NCBI GenBank assembly: GCA_045617125.1 | Contig: JAZLIA010000033.1 | Span: forward strand, 1-18,299 | Direction: 5' to 3' | Source: Clostridia bacterium | GTDB lineage: Bacteria > Bacillota > Clostridia > Christensenellales > Aristaeellaceae | Length of the DNA: 18,299 nt | Shown: positions 1 through 7,227 of the stretch, piece after piece | Layout: every line of letters starts with the position of its first letter | Numbering within the stretch: position 1 is the stretch's first letter | The notes under the pieces: generated by a model | Database searches by the model: none | What the model saw: the letters and a program-made list of their open reading frames with translations, nothing else | What the model was told of the DNA's origin: nothing | Made by a program: the position numbers and the translations under genes

Positions 1-137
1 TGGACCTTTCAACCTCCGCAATCCGGCTTCCTTCAGATTCCGCCTCACGACGGACACCCTTGCCTTTGGCTAACGGTTCCTGCTACCGAGTCCGTAGTGG
101 ACTTTCACCACCAAGTTGTCGCCCATGCCGGGCGCAC
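1..137 (-). mobile_element. Group II intron, 5' end (domain I fragment, continues past the left window edge); probably class C (IIC)
   Basis: From nt 137 the minus strand reads GTGCGCCCGGCATGGGCGAC..., the canonical GUGYG intron 5' end. It continues ...GGTGAAAGTCCACTACGG...AAGGGTGTCCGTCGTGAGGCGGAATCTGAAGGAAGCCGG..., which I recognise as the conserved bacterial group II domain I string, including a CCGUC-GUGA-GGCGG GNRA hairpin. The insertion point lies 10 nt after an intrinsic terminator hairpin, the known IIC target type. Confidence 0.7.
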
Positions 138-168
138 CAGAAAAGAACGGGGCGAACGTGTCGCCCCG
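138..168 (-). terminator. Rho-independent terminator of the ABC ATPase operon
   Basis: Perfect 8-bp GC-rich stem (148-155 pairs with 161-168) with a 5-nt loop. On the minus strand it is followed by TTCTTTTCTG. It starts 5 nt after the TGA stop at 174-176. Confidence 0.75.
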
Positions 169-173
169 TCCGG

Positions 174-1268
174 TCATCCGATCGCAGTAAGCTTTCCCCG
201 GGCAATGTTTTTTCCGCTTGCCTTATCAAAAAGGATCGCGGTCTTTTCAAAGCTGAACCGCACAGGCGTGTCCACCGCCCAGTCCACATCGCCAAACACC
301 ACCGCGGTCAGCTGCGTGCTGCCCGCATCCAGGCGCACGGTGGTCTCCATGCCGCTGGGCAGGGTGGAATACACCCGGGCGGAGTAAGCTCCGTTTTCGG
401 AAAGGGACAGATATTCTGGGCGGATGCCCACCACCACCTTTTCAGGGATCGCTTCACCGGAAAGCCGGTCAAACCCGGCGGTAATACCGCCGAAGGTGAC
501 CTTCCCGTCCCGGTAAACGCCGTCTGTAAAGTTCATGGAGGGGTTGCCCATAAAGTCGGCCACAAAGATATTGGCCGGGTCGTTATACATTTCAAGCGGC
601 GGCGCATACTGCTGGAGCAAACCGTTTTTCATGATACACACCCGGGTGGAAAGCGTCATGGCCTCCAGTTGATCATGGGTCACATACACAAAGGTGGAAT
701 CGGTGTCCCGGTGAAGGCGCTTGAGCTCCGCCCGCATCTCCATACGCAGCTTGGCATCCAGGTTGGAAAGAGGTTCATCCATAAACAGCACCTTCGGCCC
801 CGGAGCGAGCGTGCGGGCAATGGCCACACGCTGCTGCTGGCCGCCGGAAAGCTCGGACGGATAACGCTTTTCAAATTCCTCGATGCGCATGAGCCGGAGC
901 AACTCCTGCACCCGTTTGCGGATCTGTTCCTTTTTCCATTTCAGGTTTTCCAGGCCAAAGGCAATATTCTGATACACCGTCATATGCGGCCACAGGGCGT
1001 AATTCTGGAAAAGGAAGCCCACATCACGCTTGATGGGGGGCAAATTGATGCCCTTTTCGGCATCAAACACCACCTTGTCCCCAATGGTGATGCGGCCCTC
1101 GGTGGGGGTCTCCAGGCCGGCGATCATACGCAGAGTGGTGGTCTTTCCGCAGCCGGAGGGCCCCAGCAGGGTGATGAAGGCATTGTTTTCGATCTTCAGG
1201 TTCAGATCCTCCACCGCCACAAATTTTTCAAACCTTTTGGTTACATGTTCCAACGTAATTTCCGGCAT
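174..1268 (-). CDS. ABC transporter ATP-binding protein, MalK/UgpC/MsmX-like, with a C-terminal regulatory (TOBE-like) domain
   Basis: Walker A GPSGCGKTT, Q-loop, signature LSGGQQQRV, Walker B VLFMDEPLSNLD and H-loop VTHD are all present. I prefer the ATG at 1268: it sits 1 nt after the permease stop (TAA-A-ATG coupling) with AGGTGG 5 nt upstream. The ORF-track start, GTG at 1277, is the alternative. Confidence 0.93.
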   Translation of the reverse strand: MPEITLEHVTKRFEKFVAVEDLNLKIENNAFITLLGPSGCGKTTTLRMIAGLETPTEGRITIGDKVVFDAEKGINLPPIKRDVGFLFQNYALWPHMTVYQNIAFGLENLKWKKEQIRKRVQELLRLMRIEEFEKRYPSELSGGQQQRVAIARTLAPGPKVLFMDEPLSNLDAKLRMEMRAELKRLHRDTDSTFVYVTHDQLEAMTLSTRVCIMKNGLLQQYAPPLEMYNDPANIFVADFMGNPSMNFTDGVYRDGKVTFGGITAGFDRLSGEAIPEKVVVGIRPEYLSLSENGAYSARVYSTLPSGMETTVRLDAGSTQLTAVVFGDVDWAVDTPVRFSFEKTAILFDKASGKNIARGKLTAIG

Positions 1269-1269
1269 T

Positions 1270-3135
1270 TTAGCCACCTACTCCCTTATCAATCGACGCT
1301 CCGGTAAGCTTGTTCACAATAAAGTTAATGAAGAGCACCACCACAATGATCATCAGGTTGATCGCGTTTCCGAACTGGGCCCAGCCCTTTTCAGAATACT
1401 GCATCAGCATGGTGGTAAGAATGGTGTTGCTGGTGGGCACAAGCAGCACAAACAGGGAAAGCTCGCGCATGCAGCTGACCAAAGGAAGCAGATAACCCGA
1501 AAGGAAGCTGCTCTTCTGGATGGGGAAAATGACCCGCAGCATCCGCTTCCACCAGGGCACACCGGTGATCACCGCGGCTTCTTCGATCTCGCCCGAGAGC
1601 TGCAGCATCGCGCTGACACCGGAGCGGGAGGCGAAGGGCAGATACTTGATCGCGCCGGTCAGCACCAGCACGCCCATGCCCAGCGGGATCGCCAGACGGG
1701 AGCTCATGGAAAGGTAAATGGCGCCAAAGGCCAGAGAGGGCATCAGATAGGGGAAGAAGGACAGGTTGTTCACCCAGTTGGCCAGGCGGCTGCCGCGGCG
1801 TCTTGCCACGCCATAGCCTACCAGAATGCCGCAGGTGCCCGCAATGAGCGCGCAGCTCACAGCCAGAAGCAGGCTGTAGCCCAGCGCCTTCAGCACCTTG
1901 GGTGAAAGCAGGATACCCGTGTCATCACCCTGATCCAGATAGGTAAGGCCCCGGCCGATCCAGAAATCGAGGGTCATATTGGAAAGGGAATAATCTCCCG
2001 CCTTGATGATCACAGATTCCAGAGCGAAGGTGACCAGCGGCACGACAGCCACCATCAGCAGCACAATCACCAGCACGGCGGCAATGATGCGCTTACCGGC
2101 CTTCAGATCGATCAAAGACACCTGACCGCTCTTGCCGGTCACAGTGGTAAACTGCTTGCGGCTGTTGGTGACCTTTTGATTGATCAAAAGGATACCCACT
2201 CCAAAGAGGATCATGACCGCCACCATGATATAAGCCTGTCCGGGATACTTATCCATCATGGATTTCATTTTGGTGGAAAGGGTGTAATAGCGCACCGGAT
2301 CACCCAGGAACACCGGAACGGAATACGCGCTCATGCTGCTGGCAAACACCAGAAGCAGCGTGCTGAGCATCGCGGGCTTCACGATGGGCAGGGTGATCTT
2401 GCGGATGATGCGGCTGCGTCCCGTCTTCAGGATCGTGGCCGCTTCCTCCAGGTTGGCATCCATGTTGCGCAGAATGCCGCCGATGAGGATATAGGCAAAG
2501 GGCGCGTAATGCAATCCCAGCACCAGCGCAATGGGGAACGGACCGTAAACGAACCATTCCGGCATATACACATGGAACACCGAAGCCATGATACCGTTGG
2601 AGGTACGCAGACCGATCTCGGTATTCTTAAAGAAGGTCTGCCAGAAGGTGGCCAGCGTCCAGGACGGCATGATGTAGGGGAACACAAACACGCTCGAGAT
2701 GAACTTCTTGCATTTGATGTTGGTGCGGGTGATCAGAAACGCCACCAGGCCGCCAAAGAGAATGGCGATGCAGGAAGCGGCCACCGACACCTCCAGGGTG
2801 TTGAGAAGGGGACGATAAAAGTTGATCCAGCTGGTGGAATTGGTGAAGCCCTTTTCACCGCCGTCATCCAGCATGAAAAACAGCCTTTCAAAATGAATGG
2901 TGGTAGTATCCCCCACCTTGAGGCCCTGCTTTCGCACCATGCTTCTTTCCGCGGAATGCACCACAAACATTTCGGAAAGCATCGTGAAAAGGGGATACAG
3001 GGTGAGCACCACAAGAACCACGCAGAAAACGAGCAGGATCACATTGGCCGGCTTGGAGAACCATGCCCTCAGCCTGCCGCCGGTGCGGGCCAGGGAAGAG
3101 GGCCGATCCTGCTTTGCAGAGGCAGATACGCTCAT
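1270..3135 (-). CDS. Fused two-domain ABC transporter permease (about 12 TM segments, FbpB/AfuB/ThiP-like architecture)
   Basis: Two BPD-type permease halves, each with an EAA loop (EEAATILKTGRSRIIRKITLPIVKP and EEAAVITGVPWWKRMLRVIFPI), and long hydrophobic segments. Start chosen at the ATG at 3135 (MSVSASAK...), preceded by GGAGG and a 7-nt spacer. The 62 upstream codons of the ORF lack an RBS and overlap hairpins. Confidence 0.85.
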   Translation of the reverse strand: MSVSASAKQDRPSSLARTGGRLRAWFSKPANVILLVFCVVLVVLTLYPLFTMLSEMFVVHSAERSMVRKQGLKVGDTTTIHFERLFFMLDDGGEKGFTNSTSWINFYRPLLNTLEVSVAASCIAILFGGLVAFLITRTNIKCKKFISSVFVFPYIMPSWTLATFWQTFFKNTEIGLRTSNGIMASVFHVYMPEWFVYGPFPIALVLGLHYAPFAYILIGGILRNMDANLEEAATILKTGRSRIIRKITLPIVKPAMLSTLLLVFASSMSAYSVPVFLGDPVRYYTLSTKMKSMMDKYPGQAYIMVAVMILFGVGILLINQKVTNSRKQFTTVTGKSGQVSLIDLKAGKRIIAAVLVIVLLMVAVVPLVTFALESVIIKAGDYSLSNMTLDFWIGRGLTYLDQGDDTGILLSPKVLKALGYSLLLAVSCALIAGTCGILVGYGVARRRGSRLANWVNNLSFFPYLMPSLAFGAIYLSMSSRLAIPLGMGVLVLTGAIKYLPFASRSGVSAMLQLSGEIEEAAVITGVPWWKRMLRVIFPIQKSSFLSGYLLPLVSCMRELSLFVLLVPTSNTILTTMLMQYSEKGWAQFGNAINLMIIVVVLFINFIVNKLTGASIDKGVGG

Positions 3136-3338
3136 TCTGGAACCTCCATGAAGCGGGCAGAAGCTTTCCTGCCCGGCAAATGAGTTTAGTAAGCCCCGGC
3201 ATACGGGACTGGGCAGGCGTTTTTCAAAAAGAAAGCGGCCTGCAGATGCAGAAACGGCCCGGAGTGCGAAAGGGCGGAGGATCCTCTCCGGCTTTTTATG
3301 CTCCAAAGCGTCCTGCTTCACTCAGCATGGGATAAAGA

Positions 3339-3365
3339 GGCCGCGGCAGGAAAACCTCCGCGGCC
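3339..3365 (-). terminator. Intra-operon stem-loop (partial terminator or mRNA stabiliser) after the binding-protein gene
   Basis: Stem GGCCGCGG (3339-3346) pairs with CCGCGGCC (3358-3365); an inner AGG/CCT pairing extends it. On the minus strand only a weak T-rich tail (TCTTTATC) follows. Confidence 0.45.
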
Positions 3366-3410
3366 CCAAATTCAATGCCTTTCTTACCGAAAAGAAATAC
3401 AGGGAAAAAC

Positions 3411-4553
3411 TTACTGAAGATACTTGGTCACGAAGGTACGCACGTCATCGCCGTTATCCAGGATGAACTCAGGATCCTCCATCACCAGGGTCTGCTTCCA
3501 AACATCAATGCCCAGGTCGCCTTCCTTGGCGGGGATCACCGTGTTGGAAGAATAAGCGCCGATGGACTTGCCCCAGGGCTCGAAGCCTTCCGCACCCATC
3601 AGATACTCAATGAAGAGCATCGCGGTGTAGGGACGGTTGGAAGCGGCGGACACCATCGCATACATGGGATACATGAAACCGGAGAAGGGCTCCACGGCAT
3701 AGCCGTTGGCGGAAGCATCATACTGAGCCACGGTGAGGTTGTCGGTGAGCACGGAAGAGGAACGCAGCTTGGAGAGCACGAACAGGCCGATCTTGCCGGT
3801 GGCGGTCTCCTGGCTCACTTCCTCGGCAATGGTGGTGTCGGAAGAACCGAAGGTGCAGTTCAGGAGGAACTCGGCGATCCACTTATAGCCGGCGTTCTTG
3901 TATTCGCCCAGCTCGATCTCCTTGCCCGCCCAGGCCTGATAAGCTTCGGCAAGCTTGGCGGACCAGTCGTCATTGGTGAGCATGATGAGGAAGTTCATGT
4001 TGACCTGTTCCTTCTCGGGGTTTTTGAAAATGATGTTGTCCTTCATGGAAGCGTCGGTCAGCTCCCACACGTTTTTGATGGCGGGAACATTTTCGCCCAG
4101 GTTATTGTAGATGAACAGCTTGTTGATGTACTGATGAACGAGGGGGCACAGGTCATCCTCGCCCACAAATTCCTTCACGGAAGCGGGAACGTAATTATAC
4201 AGCCAGCCATCCTCGACCGCATAGGTGAGCTGAGCGCCATCCTGGATCATGACCATGTCGGCGCCCTTGCCGGCAGCGATCTCGCTTTCCAGCTTGGTGT
4301 AGATCTCAGCATCCTTCAGGTTGCTGCTTTCCACCGTGATGCCATAGGCTTCGCCAAAGGCGTTCACAGCGGTCTCAATGCGGCTGGTGTTGCCATAAAC
4401 GATGAAATTGCCGGTCTCAGCCTGAGCCAGAGCGACCAGCTCGTCATGCGTAAGGTTTTCAGCGCCGGCAACGGTATCCTTCACATCGGCCAGAGCAAAA
4501 GCAGCCGTGAAGAGCAGGCACAGAGCCAGCACAAGGGAAAGAATTTTTTTCAT
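3411..4553 (-). CDS. ABC transporter substrate-binding protein, Fe3+/AfuA/PotD-like cluster
   Basis: N-terminal signal sequence MKKILSLVLALCLLFTAAFALA. The pattern NFIVYGNTS...FGEAYGITVE...GADMVMIQD is typical of this binding-protein class. The ATG at 4553 is preceded by GGAGGG and a 7-nt spacer. It forms an operon with the fused permease and ATPase. Confidence 0.8.
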   Translation of the reverse strand: MKKILSLVLALCLLFTAAFALADVKDTVAGAENLTHDELVALAQAETGNFIVYGNTSRIETAVNAFGEAYGITVESSNLKDAEIYTKLESEIAAGKGADMVMIQDGAQLTYAVEDGWLYNYVPASVKEFVGEDDLCPLVHQYINKLFIYNNLGENVPAIKNVWELTDASMKDNIIFKNPEKEQVNMNFLIMLTNDDWSAKLAEAYQAWAGKEIELGEYKNAGYKWIAEFLLNCTFGSSDTTIAEEVSQETATGKIGLFVLSKLRSSSVLTDNLTVAQYDASANGYAVEPFSGFMYPMYAMVSAASNRPYTAMLFIEYLMGAEGFEPWGKSIGAYSSNTVIPAKEGDLGIDVWKQTLVMEDPEFILDNGDDVRTFVTKYLQ

Positions 4554-4625
4554 AGGAAACCCTCCTTCAGAAAATGAATCATTCCAGCCCCGAAGGGCGG
4601 CCCTCAAAGGGCTTTAGATGGAAAT

Positions 4626-4654
4626 ATTATATTGAATTTGTACCAGAATGTCAA
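4626..4654 (-). promoter_or_regulatory. Sigma-A consensus promoter of the SBP/permease/ATPase operon
   Basis: The minus strand reads TTGACA (4654-4649), a 17-nt spacer, then TATAAT (4631-4626). This is a perfect consensus about 70 nt upstream of the start codon. Confidence 0.7.
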
Positions 4655-4678
4655 GACAGACGCAAAAAGCAGATCCAA

Positions 4679-4702
4679 CAATTGAAAAAGCAATTGAAAA
4701 AG
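4679..4702. repeat. Tandem duplication of a 12-bp unit, CAATTGAAAAAG x2
   Basis: Exact copies at 4679-4690 and 4691-4702. Each contains the CAATTG palindrome. The second copy supplies the terminator T-tract on the minus strand. Confidence 0.8.
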
Positions 4703-4722
4703 CGGGCCCGGGCGGGACCCGC
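4696..4722 (-). terminator. Rho-independent terminator ending the glycan-utilisation operon
   Basis: Minus-strand hairpin GCGGGUCC-CGCCC-GGGCCCGC (8 bp including one G-U pair) at 4702-4722, followed by TTTTTC. It begins 18 nt after the HAD stop codon. Confidence 0.7.
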
Positions 4723-4739
4723 AGCAACCTCTCTTCCGT

Positions 4740-5423
4740 TTACAATGAGCGAAGGATCCCCGGCAGATCGGAAAACCGGCACAGGCAAAGATCGGCGGAC
4801 ACAGCGATCCTGTTCCTTTCCATATCGTCCCGCCTGAGCAGATGCTCCGCCAGCACCGTCGTCATTCCGAGCCGCTTTGCTCCATAAAGCTCATCGCTTC
4901 CCCCATCGCCCACAAACACGGATTCCTCAGGCAACGCCTGCATTTGCTCCATCGCAAACTCAAAAATGCGTGCTTCCGGCTTGAGGGACCCGACCTCGCA
5001 GGAAAACACCGCCGTGTCAAAAGCTTCCCGAAGCGGAGATTCCTGCCAGTGAAGAATATCATAGGCGTCCGCGTTGCTGATGATCCCAAGGTGGTACCCG
5101 CTGCTTTTCAATTCTCGCAGCACAGGCATGATCTCCGGCGGCAGCTCGCAAAGCGCCTTCTGCATACGGTGGGATAAAGCGTCATGCAGCTTTCCCTTCT
5201 GCTGCACAGTCAGTTTCACCGGCAGCCGAAGGCACATCTGAGACAGGATCTCCCCGCAGCTCCTGTATTCTCCCCTGCCGCGAGCATCGGAAAATTCCTT
5301 TTCCCATACAGCCTGTCTCCAGGTCTCCTCCGAAACGGAAAGAGGAAGATACTCCTCTTTTTCCAATTCCCCGTGAGGATCCGCCAGGGTGAAAAACAGA
5401 TCGAAAAAAACCGTTCTTTTCAT
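4740..5423 (-). CDS. HAD-superfamily hydrolase (subfamily IA-like) with atypical motif I
   Basis: Motif I is FFDLFFTL (Asp8, with Phe at +2). Motif II is GIISNAD, the Lys motif is GSLKPE, and motif IV is FVGDGGSDE. Start chosen at the ATG at 5423 (MKRTVFFD), 8 nt after the upstream stop. Confidence 0.8.
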   Translation of the reverse strand: MKRTVFFDLFFTLADPHGELEKEEYLPLSVSEETWRQAVWEKEFSDARGRGEYRSCGEILSQMCLRLPVKLTVQQKGKLHDALSHRMQKALCELPPEIMPVLRELKSSGYHLGIISNADAYDILHWQESPLREAFDTAVFSCEVGSLKPEARIFEFAMEQMQALPEESVFVGDGGSDELYGAKRLGMTTVLAEHLLRRDDMERNRIAVSADLCLCRFSDLPGILRSL

Positions 5424-5431
5424 CACTTTTC

Positions 5432-7213
5432 TCACTTCCGGTCCGCCGTTTTCCAGAGCGCATAGGCAAGGAAGCCCGCACAGGTCGCAAAAGCGCTGCC
5501 CGTCGCACACTCTCCGGTATTCTCATCCACGCTTTCACAGGCAATGCCGTTATCCATCCCGCAGCGCTTCAGATGCGTGAGTGCGCCGGCCACATGCCCG
5601 GAAAGAAGACTGTTGCAAATGGAAAGCACCCACGGATGCTCTGCATGCCTGCAGCCGATCTCCGCAATGGGGCAGCCCGCAAACGAAAGCGGATAGGAAG
5701 CATCCCGGATCCGTTCCTCCGTGTTTTTCCACACCTCGTCATCCCGATCACAGAAGCCATAGAACGGGAGCAGCAGCAGGCTTCCCGGCGGTTCGTCATA
5801 AATGTCATCATGCCCGTTCAGATCGGTGGACCAGACAAAGACCCACTTTCCATTCTCCTGCCTCACACAGTTTTTTAACACAGCGGCCCGCACCTTCTCA
5901 GCCCGGTCCGCAAGCTCCGGAGCATTCAGAAAATCGGAAAGGAGCTTCAGCGCAGCCCACACAAGCACGTTATCATAGGTGATGAAGGGATAGCGGCACA
6001 GATCATCCGTCGGCTGAAGGAAGGTCGCATACAGTTCCTCCGAGGGATGCCTGTAAAGCCCGAGCTTATGCAGAATGCCGTAAAGCGCCGGCCTGATCCC
6101 CGCTTCCTCCAGAATGCTCCGGTCTCCGGAGCATTCGATATATCGGCCAAGCGCAAGAACGGGAGCGCAGAGCTCGTCCATTTCAAAGCCCGGCTCCAGC
6201 ACAGTCCCGTCAATATAGCGGCTGTGAGTTCCAAAGTTCCGTCCCTGCCTTGCAAACACGGCGATCAGCAGTTCCCTCGCATATCGGCTGTCAGCCTCAC
6301 AGATCGCGGGAAACACCCAAAGCAGGCTGTCTCTGTCCCAATAGGCGGCGGAAACATAATAGCGCGGGCTGCGCGACGTGACCATACAAAGTTCTTCCGT
6401 GTCGATCGTGCGCCCTGTTGCATAGAAAAAAGCAAAAAACAGATTCCGGTTCAGGATCCTTTCAAGTTCCGGATCCTGAAGATGCTTTTCGCGTTTTATC
6501 AGCCACGCACGGGTCTCCTCCAGCAAAAAGTGATATCCATGGCGCAGCATTTCCTTCGCGCTCGTCGCGGCGGACACCTCTTCAAACCCGATGCCGAAAA
6601 ACAGGTCCAGCTCCATGCTCTGTGAAGGAGCCAGCTGTTTTTCCTTCACGATACGAAAGGAAAACCCGTCGCAGATCCAATCCGCCCCCTGCGAAAACTC
6701 GCTGAAAGCCTGATGATCCTCCAGGATCGGAGCAAAAGCAAACAGAGGCGTGCCGGGGTTCTGGCTGAAAACGAACATTCCGTTCCAGCCGGAGCGTTTT
6801 ACCTGCCTTCCCTCATCCAGCTCGATGGATTCATTGACGGTGTGGTATGTCCCGGTCCAGGTGCCTGAAGCGCCCATGTTCACTTTGGCGAAGGCAGGGC
6901 CGCGGTTCAGCGCTTCCAGATGCAAAATGAAGCCGCGGTGACCCACCGGCGCAAGATAGCGGCAGGAAAAAACAACGTTCTTTTCCTCAAAGCGGAAACC
7001 GGGGATCCAGTAATTGACCTCATCCCACACAGGTGTAAAGAAAAGCGGACGGTCATTTAAGCAGAAAAACGGAGAAAGCAGCCCGTCCTTTCCGTACATT
7101 TCCAGCATTCCCTTCTGCTGCATATACAGAAAAGAGATCCTTTCCACAACGCCGTCCTTCTCCCGGACAGCAGGCAGCGAAACATATTCGTTGCCCGTTA
7201 CACAGTATTTCAT
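5432..7213 (-). CDS. Clan GH-L (alpha/alpha)6-barrel glycoside hydrolase, GH15-like (glucodextranase/glucoamylase-like) with distant GH125 resemblance, plus an N-terminal beta-rich domain of about 230 aa
   Basis: Motifs recognised by eye: YYVSAAYWDRDS (the WxRD box), FEMDELCAPVLALGRY, PPGSLLLLPFYGFCDRDDEVWKNT (like the GH15 DASLLLLPxxGF...DD motif) and ACESVDENTGE (like the GH15 EQxDxxTG catalytic-base region). The ATG at 7213 has GGAGG 8 nt upstream. Confidence 0.6.
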   Translation of the reverse strand: MKYCVTGNEYVSLPAVREKDGVVERISFLYMQQKGMLEMYGKDGLLSPFFCLNDRPLFFTPVWDEVNYWIPGFRFEEKNVVFSCRYLAPVGHRGFILHLEALNRGPAFAKVNMGASGTWTGTYHTVNESIELDEGRQVKRSGWNGMFVFSQNPGTPLFAFAPILEDHQAFSEFSQGADWICDGFSFRIVKEKQLAPSQSMELDLFFGIGFEEVSAATSAKEMLRHGYHFLLEETRAWLIKREKHLQDPELERILNRNLFFAFFYATGRTIDTEELCMVTSRSPRYYVSAAYWDRDSLLWVFPAICEADSRYARELLIAVFARQGRNFGTHSRYIDGTVLEPGFEMDELCAPVLALGRYIECSGDRSILEEAGIRPALYGILHKLGLYRHPSEELYATFLQPTDDLCRYPFITYDNVLVWAALKLLSDFLNAPELADRAEKVRAAVLKNCVRQENGKWVFVWSTDLNGHDDIYDEPPGSLLLLPFYGFCDRDDEVWKNTEERIRDASYPLSFAGCPIAEIGCRHAEHPWVLSICNSLLSGHVAGALTHLKRCGMDNGIACESVDENTGECATGSAFATCAGFLAYALWKTADRK

Positions 7214-7227
7214 GGAATCATCCTCCG

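Noticed and set aside
60-1307. A 415-aa ORF on the plus strand, opposite the ABC ATPase gene.
   Set aside because: It is the mirror frame of a motif-rich real gene (Walker A/B and signature motifs on the minus strand). Its composition is R/G/H/P-rich and low in complexity, and it has no RBS. The same reasoning rejects 1030-1905(+), 2176-3183(+), 7354-8208(+) and 16474-17034(-).
3375-4577. A 400-aa plus-strand ORF antisense to the Afu-like binding-protein gene.
   Set aside because: This is a typical high-GC antisense shadow ORF with a G/H/L/V-rich nonsense sequence. The minus-strand product has a signal peptide, an RBS and family-typical motifs.
4554-4625. A possible riboswitch in the roughly 65-nt leader of the Afu-like operon, with GCCC-UUCG-GGGC and neighbouring GC hairpins.
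   Set aside because: It is too short and lacks any conserved riboswitch core I recognise (TPP, preQ1, and others). It is probably just a stabilising 5' hairpin.
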